A stretch of DNA of 23,395 nucleotides from Candidatus Jordarchaeales archaeon (GCA_038858525.1 JAWCFL010000008.1:1-23395); one strand, 5' to 3'. Shown: positions 1 through 7,573, counted from the stretch's first letter. The notes: generated by a model not told the origin, from the sequence alone. Made by a program: numbers and translations.

Positions 1-368
1 ACTACGAGGTCGCACATCATGACCAACTCGTGGCCGGCGGCGACGCAAACGCCTCTTATGCCAGCTATGACAGGCTTCCCCGTCTCCCTAATTAGTTCGA
101 CAAGTCTTCGGTAAGCGCTCTGCCACCTTAAGCCGGACTCAAAGTCGCTTCTCATCAGCTCGTTGAGGTCGGCGCCTGCACAGAAGTTGTCTCCCTCGCT
201 CGTGAGAATTACGGCTTTTACTTCATCGTCCCTGTCCGCCTCGACGAAAGCGTCATACAGCTCGTTTAGAAGAGGCGTGTTGAGGAGGCATAGCCTATCT
301 CGGTACGCTATTTTAACCCAAGCCAAGCAACCCTTCCTTTCAAGTTTCACCTGCCTCAACGAACTCAC
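1..368 (-). CDS. Enoyl-CoA hydratase/isomerase (crotonase superfamily), N-terminal part; runs off the left edge
   Basis: Not in the ORF track; translated by hand from GTG at 368: MSSLRQVKLERKGCLAWVKIAYRDRLCLLNTPLLNELYDAFVEADRDDEVKAVILTSEGDNFCAGADLNELM...GKPVIAGIRGVCVAAGHELVMMCDLV. Contains the crotonase oxyanion-hole motif FCAGADL and the KPVIA...GxELxxxCD motif. The start overlaps the upstream stop (GTGA, 365-368). Confidence 0.93.
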   Translation of the reverse strand, partial: MSSLRQVKLERKGCLAWVKIAYRDRLCLLNTPLLNELYDAFVEADRDDEVKAVILTSEGDNFCAGADLNELMRSDFESGLRWQSAYRRLVELIRETGKPVIAGIRGVCVAAGHELVMMCDLV

Positions 369-1273
369 CTTTTCTCTTCTCTCTTAACTCCGAAGTATTC
401 GTACCATCCGCCTCTGCTTCCCGGGTTAAACTTCGGGTCGCCAGTATATCCCGAGATGACCAGCTTTTTCAGGGTGACGGGTGGAGCGTAACGTTTCTCT
501 CGTGTCTCCCTGTAAATGTACTCGCTGACCTGCAACGCCGTGTGAAGCCCCGTAAAGTCCATCAGTTCGAATGGACCCATTGGGAAGCCGAATGCAAGCT
601 TGCACATCTCGTCAATCTCCCTTACTCCGGCCACTCCAGTCTCGAGAAGCCTTATGGCTTCCATGAACCAGCACATCATAAACCTCGTCGTGAAGAAGCC
701 CGGTGAATCCTTAGCTTCTATGGGCGTTTTTCCTAGTTTCTTTACTAGTTCTACCGTTAGCTTGAACGTTTCGTCTGACGTTAGGACTCCCCTTACGACC
801 TCTATTAGTTTCATTACTGGTGCTGGGTTGAACCAGTGCATTCCTATAAGCTTGTCTTTCCTTTTCACAGAGGAGGCAAGGTCACTTATCATAATGGCGG
901 AAGTGTTGGACGCGAAAACCACATCCTCCTTGCAGATTTCGTCGAGCTCCGAGAAAGCTTTCTTCTTAACCTCAACGTCCTCGGGCACCGCCTCGATGAC
1001 GAAGTCAACATCGCCGAAGTCACGCATAGATGTTGTGGTTTTAATTCTACTCATGACAGCATCGGCTTCCTCAACAGTAAGGCGGCCCTTCTCAACCAGC
1101 TTATCTAATCCGAATGCACCAGACCGTATAAGGTATAAGGCCTTCCTGAGAGTTTCCTCACTCCTGCTGAAAAGAAGAACGTTAAAGCCACTCCTAGCGC
1201 AAACCTGAGCTATCCCATGGCCAACGGCTCCCGCCCCTAAAACACCAATAACTTTAACATCCTCTATTTTCAC
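365..1273 (-). CDS. NAD-dependent 3-hydroxyacyl-CoA dehydrogenase family protein
   Basis: Rossmann motif GAGAVG, EAVPED, ASNTS, GMHWFNPAPVMKLIEVV, FPMGPFELMD. The likely start is GTG at 1273 behind the SD GGAGGGTGA; the ORF track start at 1297 is probably too early. Confidence 0.93.
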   Translation of the reverse strand: MKIEDVKVIGVLGAGAVGHGIAQVCARSGFNVLLFSRSEETLRKALYLIRSGAFGLDKLVEKGRLTVEEADAVMSRIKTTTSMRDFGDVDFVIEAVPEDVEVKKKAFSELDEICKEDVVFASNTSAIMISDLASSVKRKDKLIGMHWFNPAPVMKLIEVVRGVLTSDETFKLTVELVKKLGKTPIEAKDSPGFFTTRFMMCWFMEAIRLLETGVAGVREIDEMCKLAFGFPMGPFELMDFTGLHTALQVSEYIYRETREKRYAPPVTLKKLVISGYTGDPKFNPGSRGGWYEYFGVKREEKR

Positions 1274-1355
1274 ACGATCACCCTCCTTATCTATCATTAA
1301 AAAGAGGAAGGAAACATAGCTAAAAAATTATGTTTTGAAAGTATGTAAACGTGAC

Positions 1356-1373
1356 GAAAAACAAAGAGGAAAA
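1356..1373 (-). terminator. Putative archaeal oligo-T/pyrimidine terminator after the RuBisCO-like gene
   Basis: Minus strand reads TTTTCCTCTTTGTTTTTC starting 11 nt after the stop at 1384. Confidence 0.4.
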
Positions 1374-1383
1374 TGAATAAGAG

Positions 1384-2694
1384 TTATACTATCTTGGTGG
1401 TTTTCCAGGTTTTTAATGCCACGTCTAGTTCCTTGTGTTCTTTTGCCGCCTCTTCAAGAGGGATGCCTTTCATCGTTGCGTCAACAGCCTGTCTGAAGGC
1501 CATGGCGCCCGCTCTTGGTCCTTGTGGGTGAGCGTGTATTCCTCCTCCCACGCCAATCACTATGTCTGGCCCTAGGTCGAAGACTAGTAGGGGTACATGA
1601 GACGGTATTATGCCTCCTGATGGCATGGGGAAGACCTTCTTCAAGTGGTATAGCGGGTACCTTAACTCCTTAGCTATTCTGATGTAGTTTTCGCGTAGGA
1701 ACGGTGCTTTACCGTAAGGAGCAGGATAGACTACTATGTCTGCCCCTGCAATCCTCGGGAACTTTCCCATGATCAGGTGCGAGCTCAACCCGTACTCCGG
1801 TGCCATGTATATTGCGCCCGTGAAGTCTGGCAGGTGCGCCAGTATGGGCACGTTTATGCTCGGGTCCTCCGCCAGGTCCCTTAGTGTCTCAAACCCAACT
1901 GGGACGGCGTCAACCATTAGGGCGTTTCCTCCAAGTTCTATTACGCGGTCGGCGAGCTCCAGGACACGAGACGGCCGGTCAGTTATGTTGACTGTGTATA
2001 GCGTCTTTTCGCCCTTCTCCTCGTTTGCCTTGTCGATGGCTTCCATGAATTTGACAACCCGGTCCTCGACTCTGTTAGAATCCATGTCCGCCAATAACTC
2101 GTCGTCCTTTATTATGTCGACTCCGCCGGCGGCAACCTCATACGCAAGCTCAGCCCCTATATCTGGAGGAGAATAGACGCAGGGTTTTATCATGTTGTTT
2201 ATGAGAGGCCTATCCTTAACGCCAAGAATTTTCCTAACGCCCTCTATTCCAAACTTAGCTCCCTTAAATCCCTCAATGAACTTTCTGGGGAAGGCCAAGT
2301 CGAGCAGCTTTATTTTTCCCCCAGCCAATATATTACCTGCAACCGTGGCAAGCAATACAGGGAACTGGGAACCACAAAGGTTCACCAGTGGGAAGGCGAT
2401 CTGGATTATGTACTGCCGCTCCTCAACACTCTTCGGGAGATACCATTGATGAGCCGGGGTCTCATAAACGCCTATTACCCTAGCGGCGTGCTTCCGCTTT
2501 ACTTCGGGCGTCTCCTTAGGAACAGGAGTCCATGTCCCAGTGCTCTGCTCTATAGCAGCCGCTTGAGCCACAGCATTTGCATCTAATCCCGCTGGAAGTG
2601 AAACATAGTACGTCGCAACAACGTATTCATCTGGGTCGAAGCCTTCGGGAAGCGCCTCGGGAACATCAAGATACTCATACTTGAAGCCGCCCAT
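1384..2694 (-). CDS. RuBisCO-like protein (form IV RLP)
   Basis: AIEQSTGTW, AGNI, MIKPCV, GGVDIIKDDE (2098-2109), ILAH, YPAPYGKAP, PSGG, GGGIHAHPQGPRAGAMAFRQA. Lacks the equivalents of RuBisCO K177, R295 and H327, so it is form IV rather than a carboxylase. The likely start is ATG 2694 behind GGAGTGGTG. Confidence 0.92.
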   Translation of the reverse strand: MGGFKYEYLDVPEALPEGFDPDEYVVATYYVSLPAGLDANAVAQAAAIEQSTGTWTPVPKETPEVKRKHAARVIGVYETPAHQWYLPKSVEERQYIIQIAFPLVNLCGSQFPVLLATVAGNILAGGKIKLLDLAFPRKFIEGFKGAKFGIEGVRKILGVKDRPLINNMIKPCVYSPPDIGAELAYEVAAGGVDIIKDDELLADMDSNRVEDRVVKFMEAIDKANEEKGEKTLYTVNITDRPSRVLELADRVIELGGNALMVDAVPVGFETLRDLAEDPSINVPILAHLPDFTGAIYMAPEYGLSSHLIMGKFPRIAGADIVVYPAPYGKAPFLRENYIRIAKELRYPLYHLKKVFPMPSGGIIPSHVPLLVFDLGPDIVIGVGGGIHAHPQGPRAGAMAFRQAVDATMKGIPLEEAAKEHKELDVALKTWKTTKIV

Positions 2695-2742
2695 CCACCA
2701 ACACCACTCCACAGCTTAAAAATCTTAGAGTATTTAGGAACG

Positions 2743-2756
2743 TTATAAGTTATAAA
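2743..2756 (-). promoter_or_regulatory. Putative TATA box of the RLP gene within a TTATAA-G-TTATAA repeat
   Basis: Minus strand TTTATAACTTATAA about 50-60 nt upstream of ATG 2694; two palindromic TTATAA hexamers separated by 1 nt. Confidence 0.45.
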
Positions 2757-2953
2757 TATGCCGAAACAGAAAAGAAAAGGTCCTAATTAAATCCGCCATA
2801 GGGCTGGAACGGGTTTGTGAAGCACTTAACCCTTAGAGGTTAAGCTGTGAAGGCTACTGGTTTACAGTTAATGGATGCCTCTGAAAACTGGTTAAGCTGT
2901 TTCCCATGGGGGATAAAGTATCCAATTTTTCAAGCTTCCGCTTCTTCACAGGA

Positions 2954-3466
2954 TTACGCAGTCGCCCTGTGCCTTAGAATATTCATGTGTACCGCTATGA
3001 CTGTTAGGAGGGCTAGTAGGGGGTTCATGCCGAGAAGCTCCAGCTTGTAGTTGTCTTTTAACGAGAGGAGTTTACGTGTGGCTCGCGCGACCGTTTTTTC
3101 ATCGGCGTCCCTCACTTCGAATTTTCTTCTCAGAACGTCACCCTTCAAGTTATAGATTACGTTTCCTCTCCTGTCCTCAATCCAGTACATCGGGCGTAGC
3201 GTAAACAATTTTTCCTTCACTGTTGCTATGTGGTACCCCGTGTAGTCGTGGAGAGTATAAATGCCACGCAACGACAAGAATTTTTCTTTAACTATACCGA
3301 CAAGATTGCCTCCAGCATCATATAACTTCATCTCCCTCCAAGAGAAGGGGAACTTCGCCACAGCTCTCCCTATCTCTTCCTCTCTCTCACTTCTAATAAT
3401 GAGAGTATTTCTTAGTACTAAAAGCTTCTCATCGATAATATATGTCTCATAATCTAATAAGCCCAC
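2954..3466 (-). CDS. LURP-one-related / scramblase-tubby C-terminal-like beta-barrel protein
   Basis: Repeating units KEKFLSLRGIYTLHDYTG / KEKLFTLRPMYWIEDRRG / RKLLSLKDNYKLELLG followed by a hydrophobic terminal helix (NPLLALLTVIAV). GTG start with SD GGGAG. Confidence 0.75.
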   Translation of the reverse strand: MGLLDYETYIIDEKLLVLRNTLIIRSEREEEIGRAVAKFPFSWREMKLYDAGGNLVGIVKEKFLSLRGIYTLHDYTGYHIATVKEKLFTLRPMYWIEDRRGNVIYNLKGDVLRRKFEVRDADEKTVARATRKLLSLKDNYKLELLGMNPLLALLTVIAVHMNILRHRATA

Positions 3467-3639
3467 GAACTTTACTCCCCCGTAGCTTCACCACTACAAC
3501 AAACTTAAACAACTAAAAATTATTATTAGTTTTTAAGGATAAAGAGCTGGAACGCCTTTATGGAAAAGGGAATTTATCTTTTATTCTGTCCTAGAAGGGG
3601 GAGTCTTGTCATTCTCTGGGGGTGTAAAGAGTTCGTGTT

Positions 3640-4698
3640 TTGGGGTGTCCATTCGTGAGTGGTTATTGTAGTATGGTTAGGCAGGGTTATGCTTCTGGAA
3701 GTTGCATGGTTGAGATGGAGGACGGTTCCTTTAAGCCTGCGTGCAGGTCGACTCTTAGGAGGGAGGGGGAAGTTTGGTATAGGCTTATCAAGGCGGCTCA
3801 CCTTTCTAGGCCAGAGGACTACTTCAGCATTTATCAGAGTGGGTGTAATCATAGCTGCTTGAAGTGTCATTCTTGGGATTTCTCGAAGAGGTATAATGGG
3901 TTCTGGGTTTCGACAGGCGAGCTGGCTGAGATGGCGGTCGAATATGAGGGGATTGTGACTGTTTGGGAGCCGAGGAATAGGGCAACAATGTTCCACGCCA
4001 CCGATTTGTGTCGTCACTGCGGCATGTGCGTTGTTTACGGCACAAGGGGGAAGCTTTGTCCGAGGAAACTCGCAAAGGAACAAGTTGTCTTGAGTCCTCA
4101 GGGCTATGGGCCTGCTAGGAACATAGTTTCATTTACTGGCGGCGACGTCGTGTGCCAAGCGGATTTTTACGCTGATGCGGCCGAAAAAATTAAGGATGCC
4201 TGCTCCAACATGTGGGTTCTCATAGAGACTAACGGATATGGTCTTACGCCGAAAAACCTTGACGTACTGGCTTCGGGCGGGGTTGATTCGTTCTGGCTTG
4301 ACATTAAGGCATACGATGAAGAAGTTTATAGGCGTCTCTGCGGCACTACAAACGAGTGGATACTCAAGGTGCCAGAGCTCATAGTTGATATGGGCTTCGT
4401 TCTGGAAGTTTTAACGCTATACATTCCAGGCTGGGTTGAAGTGGACCAGATAGTTAAGATAGCCGAGCTTGTGCACAACGTTAATCCGGAGATCCCATTC
4501 ACCGTTCTCGCCTTCTTTCCGGCTTACAAATTATCCAACACCCGAAGCCCAAAGCTGCTTGAAATGGTCAACGCGTATTTTGCAGTCAAGAAAGTCGGGC
4601 TAAGAAACGTTAAGCTGGGAAACTGCGGTGTCTTCGCAAGAACACAGAAGGATTGGGATATCCTCATAACACTTGTAGGCCAGGAAGCCATAGGGTGA
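3640..4698 (+). CDS. Radical SAM protein, PflA/glycyl-radical-activase-like, with extra Cys clusters
   Basis: CxxxCxxC motif GCNHSCLKCH (3844-3867), SFTGGD, IETNGYG, WLDIKAYDEEVYRRLCG, VLTLYIPG, PFTVLAFFPAYKL. Confidence 0.9.
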   Translation: MGCPFVSGYCSMVRQGYASGSCMVEMEDGSFKPACRSTLRREGEVWYRLIKAAHLSRPEDYFSIYQSGCNHSCLKCHSWDFSKRYNGFWVSTGELAEMAVEYEGIVTVWEPRNRATMFHATDLCRHCGMCVVYGTRGKLCPRKLAKEQVVLSPQGYGPARNIVSFTGGDVVCQADFYADAAEKIKDACSNMWVLIETNGYGLTPKNLDVLASGGVDSFWLDIKAYDEEVYRRLCGTTNEWILKVPELIVDMGFVLEVLTLYIPGWVEVDQIVKIAELVHNVNPEIPFTVLAFFPAYKLSNTRSPKLLEMVNAYFAVKKVGLRNVKLGNCGVFARTQKDWDILITLVGQEAIG

Positions 4699-4940
4699 TG
4701 CCGCGAGGTTCATAGGTAGCCATATGCTCCTCTATCAGTCTTCATTGAAGAGGCCAAACGTTAATGAAGCTGCGCGGACACTAGAGTTCTTTGAGCCAGT
4801 GCTATATGGCAGAATCACAATAGCGCTCTGCTCGTTAAGAAGCTTAAATTACCATTGAAGAGTAAGGACAGCCTTTTTAAGTGACTTTATGATAAATAGT
4901 ATGGTGCGTTTTTAGATTTAATGGGTCGACGGGGTCTAGC

Positions 4941-5348
4941 TTGACTGGTATTGATGTTAGCAGGGTTGAGCGTTTACTCGCAGAGATTAATGAGGCATTA
5001 GTAGTTATGAACGACTTGTTGGGTGTGGGTGAAGAAGAGTTTCTTTCTGACGCTAAGTCTATTTATGCTATCAAGTATGCTGTGGTTAAGATAGTTGAAG
5101 CGGCGACCATCGTGGGGTTCCATATTCTCGAGTCTCTTTACGGGTTGTCAGCTGAGACGTACTCCGATGTTTTCAAGTGGTTGGGTGAACGGGGCGTTGT
5201 GTCCAACACCGTCAGCAGGGGTTTTGTGAGATTGGTTGGCCTGAGAAACCTCATAGTTCACCGTTACTGGGATGTTGATGACTTAAGAGTATACAGAGAA
5301 GCTAAAGGCAATGGTTTAGCTACGGTTAAAAGGTTTATCGAGGAGTAG
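4941..5348 (+). CDS. hepT: HEPN (DUF86/HepT-like) ribonuclease toxin, C-terminus probably clipped by a frameshift
   Basis: RX4HXY motif GLRNLIVHRYWDVD; AIKYAVVKIVEAA helix; SAETYSDVF motif; adjacent to an MNT gene. Confidence 0.88.
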   Translation: MTGIDVSRVERLLAEINEALVVMNDLLGVGEEEFLSDAKSIYAIKYAVVKIVEAATIVGFHILESLYGLSAETYSDVFKWLGERGVVSNTVSRGFVRLVGLRNLIVHRYWDVDDLRVYREAKGNGLATVKRFIEE

Positions 5349-5365
5349 GGAGTACGTCAAGAAAG

Positions 5366-5773
5366 ATGGGTAAAAGGTATAGTTTACCTGGAAAAGAGAG
5401 AGACGCTGTTATTGAACGGATACGTAAAACCCTAGAGGAGAGGGGTGTAGTTTTCGCCGTGGTCTTCGGGGGGGCACTTGACAAAGCCGCCTTTCATGGC
5501 ATAGACGTTGGAGTATATGCCGGCTTCGAAGCTGACTCGGTTAGCTTCGCGCTATACGCTGAGGAGCTCTCAGCCAAGCTGACAAGGGTGGCTGGAATCC
5601 CTGTCGACGTCGTAATACTAAATCACGCTCCAATGTGGCTCAGATACAGAGCACTGAAAGGAGTGGTCATCGTGGACAGGGACCCTGTTTTAAGAGTCTC
5701 ACTTAAACTGGCAGCAATAGATAACATTTTACTCAAAGCACGACGTTGGGAGGAAACTAGACAGCTCGATTAA
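5366..5773 (+). CDS. mntA: Minimal nucleotidyltransferase (MNT) antitoxin with a degenerate catalytic motif
   Basis: VVFAVVFGGALDKAAFHGIDVGVY aligns to hhFGS-x8-DxD with G for S and G for the first D; IPVDVVILNHAP and GVVIVDRD are typical MNT motifs. Confidence 0.82.
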   Translation: MGKRYSLPGKERDAVIERIRKTLEERGVVFAVVFGGALDKAAFHGIDVGVYAGFEADSVSFALYAEELSAKLTRVAGIPVDVVILNHAPMWLRYRALKGVVIVDRDPVLRVSLKLAAIDNILLKARRWEETRQLD

Positions 5774-5841
5774 AATTATCAACAAAGCACGCGAATTGTT
5801 TCCTTTTTATCTCGCCTAGACATCAGCTACCAAGTAAAGAA

Positions 5842-5869
5842 TTTATGTATTACATGTATTACAGTATTA
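5842..5869 (+). promoter_or_regulatory. TATA-like box overlapped by tandem TGTATTACA operator repeats upstream of the first vapBC
   Basis: TTTATGTA box; TGTATTACA at 5846-5854 and 5855-5863; partial GTATTA at 5864-5869. Each unit is a quasi-palindrome. Confidence 0.6.
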
Positions 5870-5881
5870 TGGTGATGAAAG

Positions 5882-6145
5882 GTGACTGTTATAAGCGTTA
5901 GGGTGAGCGACGATGTCAAAAAGCGCATGGAGCGACTAAAGCACATTAACTGGAGTGAAGTCATCAGGAAAGCAATAATGGAAGTTTTAGAGGAGGAGGA
6001 AGAGAGAAATCTTGCCAGAGCTGTTCTGCTCAATGAGAAAGTGAGGAAGAAGGCCCCTAGAGAATGGAACAGCGTCGAAGTCATAAGGTACTGGAGGGAA
6101 CACAGGTATGGAGAAACTGGTGGGGGATGCCAGCGTGATAGTTAA
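5882..6145 (+). CDS. vapB: VapB-type antitoxin, ribbon-helix-helix
   Basis: MTVISVRVSDDVKKRMERLKHINWSEVIRKAI is a typical RHH signature; overlaps the downstream PIN gene; SD GGTGA. Confidence 0.85.
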   Translation: MTVISVRVSDDVKKRMERLKHINWSEVIRKAIMEVLEEEEERNLARAVLLNEKVRKKAPREWNSVEVIRYWREHRYGETGGGCQRDS

Positions 6146-6527
6146 ATGGTTTATCGAGGAGGAATACACAAATGAAGCGTTAAGGTTAAGGGACATGCAT
6201 GTAAACGGAGAGATCCTGTTGACGGCGCCCGAGTTACTTCCCTTCGAGGTCCTAAACGCGTTAAAGTACAGTGGGCTCTTCGAGAAAGAGGAGCTTAAAA
6301 GCGCTGCAATTTCGCTCTCAAACTACCGAATAGAGCTACACCCTTTAAAGGGGGCACTCGCTGAAAAAACCGCGGAAATAGCTGCAGATGAAAATATAAC
6401 GATTTATGATGCTTCCTATGTAGCTTTAGCAACAATCTTAAAAACGAAAATGTATACCGCAGACGAGAAGCTTGTGGAAAAACTTGCACAAAAATATAGT
6501 GTATACCACATATCTCAAACGTTGTGA
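6108..6527 (+). CDS. vapC: VapC PIN-domain ribonuclease toxin
   Basis: GDASVIVKWF, FEVLNAL, IYDASYVALA, YTADEKL: the four acidic PIN positions are present. Confidence 0.9.
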   Translation: MEKLVGDASVIVKWFIEEEYTNEALRLRDMHVNGEILLTAPELLPFEVLNALKYSGLFEKEELKSAAISLSNYRIELHPLKGALAEKTAEIAADENITIYDASYVALATILKTKMYTADEKLVEKLAQKYSVYHISQTL

Positions 6528-6546
6528 ATAATCCGTAGAAAAGCAG

Positions 6547-6575
6547 ACGTCTCCATCATGAAAGAAGGGAGACGT
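6547..6575. repeat. 8-bp inverted repeat ACGTCTCC-N13-GGAGACGT downstream of vapC
   Basis: Arms at 6547-6554 and 6568-6575, read directly; function unknown. Confidence 0.4.
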
Positions 6576-6901
6576 GAAGCTAAGTGGAAGGACAGTTTGG
6601 ATTAACGCTTTTTTAAGAGACGAGGGCGCTCCGCGCGTATAGTGGTATAAGGAGGAGTATTTTGGTTGGATGGAAGAAATCATTATGGAGGTAAATGTGT
6701 TTTTGGTGAGTGGTGACTGCAGGTTTCCGGGTGGAGATTTAATAGTTGTTGAGTTGTAGAAAAAATAGTGAAGAGTGTTGGAGTGAAAATCGTGTTTGAG
6801 GATAGAAGCGGTTAGATTTCCGGAAGAGTGGGTGGCGTTGGGGAGCCATCAGAAGCAAATTTAGGAGTGCTGGTGGAAGCTGTTTCGTGATAAGGAGCTC
6901 T

Positions 6902-7573
6902 TTATAGCCAGCCTTTCTCCTTCCAGTACTCGTAGTCTTTTTTGAAGAAGTCTTTGCCTTCAAGTATAAGTTTTCTTAAGGCTTGGAACTCCTTTGACTT
7001 CGCCACATAGTTCTCCCAGCTAAATGTTCTCTTTTCCTTTATTGCTTGAACCATTTCTCTGCCTAGGTTTGCGGCTTTTTCAAGGTCTTCCTCGGAGACA
7101 TCTATTATGTTTCTTGCTAGGGCGGCCACTATGCCGACTGGGTAGGCTCCCTGAGCCATGAGGAAAGTGAGCATGTAGCGTGCAACCGCCTCCACGTCCC
7201 CGACGCCAAGGTATACAGATATTGCCGCCGCATATTTCCCGTGTAGGCTGGGCCTGTGCCCCATTGGGAGGCACCTATCAATGAAGTTCTTCATGAGCCC
7301 TGTTACGTGAAAAACATAGACGGGGCTAGCCATCACTATTCCGTCAGCCTCCATCATTTTTCCCTGGATGAGTTTCACGTCGTCTTTCTGAGGGCATTCC
7401 CCCTCAACGAGACAGAGACCGCAGCCTCTACAGTAGTTGATCTCATAGTCTTGTAGTAGAACTATTTCTGTTTCGGCGCCCAGCGACTGGCATTCGTCAA
7501 GCATTCTTTTTGTGAGCCTATAAGTGCAGCCCCATTTCTTGTGGGGGCTTCCAACTATAGCTAAAATGTTCAT
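6902..7573 (-). CDS. Iron-sulfur flavoprotein (Isf) / NADPH-dependent FMN reductase family
   Basis: ILAIVGSPHK FMN-binding start; compact Cys motif CRGCGLCLVEGEC; QKDD; ADGIVMASPVY; MKNFIDR. Confidence 0.9.
   Translation of the reverse strand: MNILAIVGSPHKKWGCTYRLTKRMLDECQSLGAETEIVLLQDYEINYCRGCGLCLVEGECPQKDDVKLIQGKMMEADGIVMASPVYVFHVTGLMKNFIDRCLPMGHRPSLHGKYAAAISVYLGVGDVEAVARYMLTFLMAQGAYPVGIVAALARNIIDVSEEDLEKAANLGREMVQAIKEKRTFSWENYVAKSKEFQALRKLILEGKDFFKKDYEYWKEKGWL

Noticed and set aside
1384-2712. Carboxylating form III RuBisCO (AMP or CBB pathway)
   Set aside because: K177, R295 and H327 equivalents are missing and the loop-6 context (YPAPYGK) is RLP-type; no AMP phosphorylase, ribose-1,5-bisphosphate isomerase or PRK gene is nearby.
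4699-4940. 44-codon ORF MLLYQSSLKRPNVNEAART... between the radical SAM and HEPN genes
   Set aside because: Too short, with no SD or recognisable family; cannot be supported.
5346-5348. Amber readthrough (pyrrolysine) of the HEPN TAG
   Set aside because: The in-frame continuation (GVRQERWVKG...) does not resemble a HEPN tail, whereas the shifted frame gives a convincing helix; no pyl genes are visible.
5468-5474. G7 run as a phase-variation switch in the MNT gene
   Set aside because: The run is short, the frame is intact, and variation cannot be judged without reads.
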